Source: Bdellovibrionales bacterium (GTDB taxonomy: Bacteria > Bdellovibrionota > Bdellovibrionia > Bdellovibrionales > UBA1609). From it: a stretch of 64,000 bases of DNA. Below the pieces are notes generated by a model. It was not told the origin of the DNA. It saw only the letters and a list, made by a program, of their open reading frames with translations, and did not search any database. The DNA is taken from NCBI GenBank assembly GCA_965219095.1, contig CBDCMT010000001.1, positions 1,024,001-1,088,000 on the forward strand, written 5' to 3'. This document shows, piece after piece, positions 59,055 to 64,000 of this stretch. The translations under genes were made by a program, and so were the position numbers. Every line of letters starts with the position of its first letter. The stretch's first letter is position 1.

Positions 59055-60753
59055 CCTAAATTCGTGACCAAAAATGTACACTACAAAGCTATAATTTCCC
59101 ATTTTCCATAAAAATCTCAGTTTTCATAGGGGAATTTTCGATTTTTAGATAAAATCACAAAAAATAACTTGCCTTGCATTTTCCTTTGTAGTGTAATATA
59201 TTACACTATAGGAGGGAGAAATATGAGCTTTATCAGAAGAATAAAAAGAGGAAAGGTAACATATCTTGCAGAAGTAGAGAACAAAAGGGTTGATGGAAAA
59301 GTTATCCAAAAGCATATTCGGTACATCGGGAAGAAAGAGAATGGTGAAACTGTAATTTCAATGAGTTCATCTGATCTTGAAATAGAAAAGGTCAAGGTTT
59401 ATGGTCCTTTGCTTGTTTTAGATAAAATAGCTAGGGAAATAGATTTGCAAAAATCTCTTGGCCAATACTCCAATGAAATATTAAGCATGGTCTATGCTCA
59501 CTGTTTAGATTACAAAAGCCTTAGAAAAATGCCAAAATGGTATGAGAGAACAGATTTAAACACTTTGCTAAATTTAGAGGATCTAACCGAAAGTCGTTTG
59601 CTTTCTGCTCTAGATTCTTTAGAGAGTGATCCAGAAAATTTACAGAAGAAAATATTTCAAGGTGTTCAGAAAAGGTACAATCTTGAGCTAAAAGGGTTGG
59701 TGTACGATGTTACCAATACATACCTTTATGGTAGCAAATGTCAGCTTGGAAAATTAGGAAAGAGTAAGGATGGGAAACGTGGAAATCCTTTGATTCAAAT
59801 TGGTTTGGTGACAACTCAAAAAGAAGGAATACCAGTGTTTCATAAAACTTTTAGTGGAAACATACACGATAGCAGGACTCTACTAAGTTTATCCGATGGA
59901 TTTGCAAACTATGGACTAAGTGGAGGAATGTTTGTTTACGACAGAGGCATTTTCTCAGAGAGAAACCTCAATGAAATCAATGAATTGGGCTGGAATACGC
60001 TTTGTGGGATTGCTCTCAGAAAAAAAGAGAAGGATTTGATTAGAAAAATGATAAGGCTAGACTCTATTGTTGATGTATCCCATCGCATCAGGTTATCAAG
60101 TGGTACCTTGTATGCTCAGAGCATTAATCACAATGTTGGAAAAATCAAAGGACGTTTAGTTGTTTGTTACAATCAAAGGAGAGCTTTAGATATAAGAGAA
60201 TCTCGTTTGGACGAAATTGCAAACGCACAAATTCTTTTGTCTAAAAATAAAAATATAAAACCAGGTTTGGAAAAATACCTTACTCCAACAGGAAGATTAA
60301 GGAGAGATCGGTTGAATTTAGAATCTGAGTTTGATGGTTACTCTTGTATATTTTCTACAAAAAAGATCTCTACAAAAGATATTGTTAATTTGTACTATAA
60401 GAAAGAGATAATTGAAAAATCTTTTAGGACCTTAAAGGGAATAACAAATTTGAGACCAATTCGTCATTGGCTTTACAACAGAGTTCAATCACATGTCTTT
60501 ATATGCTATTTATCTTGTCTGATACTTTCAATTCTAAAAATGAAGCTTGAAAAGATGCAGATGTCTCCAGAGGAAGCTCTTGAAGAACTCGGTAGCATGT
60601 ATAATGTCTATCTTTATGACCGAAAAAATAAAACTAGACTTATCAAAACAGTAGCTTTGAATAAAGTTCAAGAAAAAATACTAAGATCTATTGGAAAAAG
60701 TCTTGTCAAAAAAACGTCCGTCTGTAGTGTACATTTTTGAGCACGAACTCAGG
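59055..60753 (+). mobile_element. IS1634-family element (second type)
   Basis: TIRs cctaaattcgtgaccaaaaatgtacactaca / tgtagtgtacatttttgagcacgaactcagg; 7-bp flanks taattca / taattta. Confidence 0.9.
59223..60740 (+). CDS. IS1634-family transposase
   Basis: YDVTNTY..G, GKSKDG, VYDRG, Y..K..IEKSFR.LK....RPIRHW...RV..HVFIC; ATG 59223 after an SD. Confidence 0.92.
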   Translation: MSFIRRIKRGKVTYLAEVENKRVDGKVIQKHIRYIGKKENGETVISMSSSDLEIEKVKVYGPLLVLDKIAREIDLQKSLGQYSNEILSMVYAHCLDYKSLRKMPKWYERTDLNTLLNLEDLTESRLLSALDSLESDPENLQKKIFQGVQKRYNLELKGLVYDVTNTYLYGSKCQLGKLGKSKDGKRGNPLIQIGLVTTQKEGIPVFHKTFSGNIHDSRTLLSLSDGFANYGLSGGMFVYDRGIFSERNLNEINELGWNTLCGIALRKKEKDLIRKMIRLDSIVDVSHRIRLSSGTLYAQSINHNVGKIKGRLVVCYNQRRALDIRESRLDEIANAQILLSKNKNIKPGLEKYLTPTGRLRRDRLNLESEFDGYSCIFSTKKISTKDIVNLYYKKEIIEKSFRTLKGITNLRPIRHWLYNRVQSHVFICYLSCLILSILKMKLEKMQMSPEEALEELGSMYNVYLYDRKNKTRLIKTVALNKVQEKILRSIGKSLVKKTSVCSVHF

Positions 60754-61725
60754 TAATTTAAGTGACGAGAAGACAATAGAAATGTTCAAAGAGAGTCCTT
60801 AATGGCAGTATTTTTGTGGTCAGCCTTTTTATTCTTATGAAGATCCCTGTGATAGAAGTTCATTGACTAACTGGAGAAAGAGGATGGGGGCTGAGAAGAT
60901 AGAAGTTCTCTTAGAGGAAACCATTGATTTAGCTTTGAGAGAGGATTTTGTAAAAAAAAAAGAGTTTGAGAATGTAGTTGTTGATACAACTGTTCAAGAG
61001 AAAGCAATAGCTTTTCCTACAGACAGCCGTCTTTATTACAAAGCTTTAAAGACTTTAGTTCACAGGGCTAAAAAAGAGGGTTTAGTTTTACGTCAAAGCT
61101 ATAAAAGAAAGGCCAAGGAGTGTTTGTTTAAGAATGCTCGTTATGCTCATACAAGAAAAATACGTTTAGCAAGAAAACAGCAAAGAAAGCTTCATACTTA
61201 TCTAGGTCGTGTGATAAGAGATGTTACAAGAAAAGGAGGTCCTAAGTTCTTGGAAGAGAATACATCTTTAAAAAGATGTTTATCTTTATGTGTAAGAATT
61301 TATAACCAAAAAAGAGGGGATAAGAACAAGGTGTATAGTGTTCATGCTCCTGAGGTTTATTGCATAGGGAAGGGCAAAGCCCATAAAAAATATGAATTTG
61401 TCAATAAGGTGAGTGTGGCAACTTCATCAAAAAAATGCTGGGTTTTAGGGGTAAAGTCATTTGAAAAAAATGTATCAGATGTTCACAGTTTAAAGCCAGC
61501 CTTATCTCAAGTTGAATCCTTAACAAAGGTTAAGGCAAAAAATTTGTATGTAGATAAAGGTTATCGTGGCAAAGAGCATCATCCTTCGGGAGTTAATGTT
61601 CATATTGGGGGAATGAGTAAAACATTAAGTCCCTACAAAAGAAAACTTCACAGAAGAAGAAGTTAAGTTGCGACTATTACATCCTCATTTCTAAGCTGTC
61701 TGATATTCGTTATCGTCAAGGCGTT

Positions 61726-62739
61726 TTGCTTGGTAGAATGGAAAGTCTAGGCTTTCAATTAAAGCGTGAAGCTAGTCTTAGTATTCTGACAAGTGATGTG
61801 GTGAAATCCTCAGCTATTGAAGGAAAAAACCTTAATTCAGAGCAAGTACGTTCATCCCTTGCTCGTCGACTAGGCATTGAAATAGCTGGACTTCTACCAG
61901 CTAGTCGTGATGTCGAGGGTGTTGTTGAGATGATGCTCGATGCTTCCCAGCACTTCTCAAAGCCTTTGACAAAAGATCGTCTTTTTAACTGGCATGCAGC
62001 ACTGTTTCCAACAGGAAGAAGTAATATGCACCAGATTACAGTTGGTGGTTGGCGTACCCTTGATGCAGGACCAATGCAGGTGGTATCAGGTCCTATAGGA
62101 AGTAAGAAGATTCACTTTGAAGCACCCAGTGCTGATAAGCTGGAAAATGAAATGCAGACCTTTTTGGCATGGTTTGATAATGGTGGTGGTATTGATCCAG
62201 TTCTGAAAGCCGGTATTTCTCATCTCTGGTTTGTAACAATTCACCCTTTTGAAGATGGAAATGGTCGTATTGCCAGAGCGATTGGTGATATGGTGCTTGC
62301 ACGTGCTGACGGCACACAAGATCGTTTCTATAGTTTATCTACCCAAATTGAATCTGAACGCAAAGATTATTACGATCAACTAGAAAAACAGCAAACTAGT
62401 TCACTGGAAATTACTTGCTGGTTAGAGTGGTTTTTAGATTGTTTAGGGCGCACACTTTCGAGTACGGAGATAAGGCTTAGTAAAGTTTTCTTCAAGGCAC
62501 AGCTTTGGGATAAGATCAACAAGAAGCCTGTTAATGATCGGCAAAGCTTTATCATCAACCGGATGCTGGAAGATGACTTTAAAGGACATATGAATACGTC
62601 TAAATATGCTAAGCTGGTAAAATGCTCAAACGATACAGCATTGCGCGATATACAAGACTTAAAAAAGCGATATATCTTGATTCAAAACCCCTCTGCTGGA
62701 CGTAGCACAAGTTATAGGCTGACTGATAAGGTTAAATAG
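61726..62739 (+). CDS. Fic-family protein (DUF4172-Fic-HTH type), probably 5'-truncated
   Basis: HPFEDGNGRIAR; in-frame upstream ...KLSDIRYRQGVLLGRME with no good start, abutting the truncated IS5. Confidence 0.85.
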   Translation: MLGRMESLGFQLKREASLSILTSDVVKSSAIEGKNLNSEQVRSSLARRLGIEIAGLLPASRDVEGVVEMMLDASQHFSKPLTKDRLFNWHAALFPTGRSNMHQITVGGWRTLDAGPMQVVSGPIGSKKIHFEAPSADKLENEMQTFLAWFDNGGGIDPVLKAGISHLWFVTIHPFEDGNGRIARAIGDMVLARADGTQDRFYSLSTQIESERKDYYDQLEKQQTSSLEITCWLEWFLDCLGRTLSSTEIRLSKVFFKAQLWDKINKKPVNDRQSFIINRMLEDDFKGHMNTSKYAKLVKCSNDTALRDIQDLKKRYILIQNPSAGRSTSYRLTDKVK

Positions 62740-63605
62740 TCGTTGCTTTCCATAAATGTAAAATGATTTGAGATCGGTATTTATGAAAATCAGTTACAAA
62801 AAACCTACTTACAGATAACCGAATTACACTATAACCATAATCTAAAAGAAGAATGATATGGAGCCGATAAGCATATCTTTTCTTATCTTCTCATTTTAAT
62901 ATAAAAGCTCTTAACATCTTTTTTGATAATAAGGCTTCCATAAAAGATATTGTTTACATAGAATATTTTGACAAAAACTAGATCCCACTCTTTGTGTGTA
63001 GATTTTGAAGTGCAATTTAGTATATTTTTTGTAAAAGGAGAAGTGTTTTTTCTTTTTATAGGTAAATCTAAATTCTTTCCCATTTTTGTTTTCACCACGA
63101 TTGTTGCTCCTTCGTTTGTTTTTTCTATGTTCGCTTTTCCCTACAGTTAGCCTTTGACATATTACATCATTGTATTACAATTGTATCTTATTTTTGAGTT
63201 CACTTTTTTAGCGCAGTCTAGTTTGTCAATTCAAATAAAGGGTTTTGCATAAAAAGAAAAAGAGTTTAAAAAAAATTATAATGAGGAAAGTATTTTCACA
63301 GGATGTTTTTCTTGATCTTTAACCGCCCGTCATGGTATTTTCCTACTGGAGGTTTTATGAGAACTTCGCACTCTCAGAAGAACAGGTGGGGTAGAGATCA
63401 AACAACAAAGTGTAGCTTATTTTTTATAGGGTTGTGGATAGGAGAATGACCTTAAATGGCTTTAAGTGATTAACTTAGAAGCCAGTGAAAAACTAAAGCC
63501 GAAAGAGGGGGATAAGAGTTTTTTCCCAGTAAGTAGAACTCAAAACGAATTAATAACAGAAGGATCTTACTTTTTAAGTTTGACATCTTTCATTAGGAGT
63601 ACGAT

Positions 63606-64000
63606 ATGGAAAGAGAAGACTATATTAATGATTTTTTTTCATCTAACAAAGGAAAAAAACTTTTAAATTTAGATAAAAAAGTTCTTGCTGAAGCCCTTTA
63701 TAAAGCCTCTCTTAGAAATGGGAATGTTCACCTTGTTTTGGAAAGACTAACATCAAGTGACAGTGAAAAATGTTGTGCGTTTTAGAGAAAGGCTGAAAGA
63801 ATACAAACGTTCAGATAGATTTATTAGATATTATACGGGTGAATTCTTTTCTGAACTAGAAGACCTATTGATTGATCTAAAAGAATCAACTTTCACTCCT
63901 GAAGAGGGTTTGTCTTTAGTAAAAGAATTCTTTGAGGTGGACGGTGACATTATGGAATCTTGTAATGACTCCGATGGAGAGGTTGGAGACATTTTTCACT
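63606..64000 (+). pseudogene. Frameshifted hypothetical protein (DUF6880-like), runs off window
   Basis: Two +1 shifts (near 63698 and 63768) rejoin MEREDY...LAEALYK..LERL...RFRERL...SCNDSDGEVGDIF. Confidence 0.45.

Larger units (their letters stand above)
58830..61666 (+). pseudogene. IS5-family transposase, interrupted by IS1634, with a premature stop at 60800 and 3' truncation
   Basis: HPLV.LA..IDW, GRP....RLMVGL, KYIYN|LSDE, VVDTTVQEKAIAFPTD, CIGKGKAHK.YEF, YVDKGYRG; ends at RRRS. Confidence 0.88.

Noticed and set aside
330..62558. Many 60-105 aa ORFs overlapping confident genes (e.g. 2528, 5243, 26377, 37027, 40060, 55166, 62086)
   Set aside because: Alternate-frame or antisense shadows with no independent support.
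62883..63160. Short ORFs on both strands after fic
   Set aside because: No motifs or convincing starts; probably gene debris.
1..64000. rRNA, tRNA, CRISPR arrays, integrase/att sites
   Set aside because: None recognised by eye; a covariance-model search would be needed to exclude small RNAs.

Overview
AT-rich, IS-riddled bacterial chromosome segment, probably Bdellovibrionota (inferred from the FQNC-type lipoprotein, a DUF4423/TIGR02147-like protein and overall gene content). 1-8.8 kb is a defence island. One tightly coupled minus-strand operon encodes a small multi-TM protein, a ThsB/MTH538-like TIR protein, HsdR, a fused HsdM-HsdS and a protein with an RNxxxH (HEPN-like) motif. 8.9-23.1 kb is a decayed conjugative element: divergent XRE regulator with a palindromic operator region, collagen-like lipoprotein, VirB2/B3/B4/B6/TraE/TraK/VirB10-like genes, a Replic_Relax/MOBC-like relaxase and a truncated coupling protein, broken by IS66 and ISL3. 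25-42 kb is core chromosome (MoxR-DUF58-Bat operon, Slt, MltD, M32 peptidase, tyrS, rny, 5-FTHF cyclo-ligase, zapA). 43.6-48.9 kb is a three-layer IS nest (IS1634 > IS630 > IS66) flanked by a ~194-bp target duplication. 48.8-58.3 kb holds a prepilin, ExbB/D-like genes, a TolB-M28-PDZ protein, HU/IHF and gcvP. 58.3-64 kb holds IS5 interrupted by IS1634, a truncated Fic gene and pseudogene debris. No rRNA, tRNA or CRISPR array was seen. All family calls are from motif recognition by eye, not database searches. Homopolymer frameshifts could be sequencing errors.
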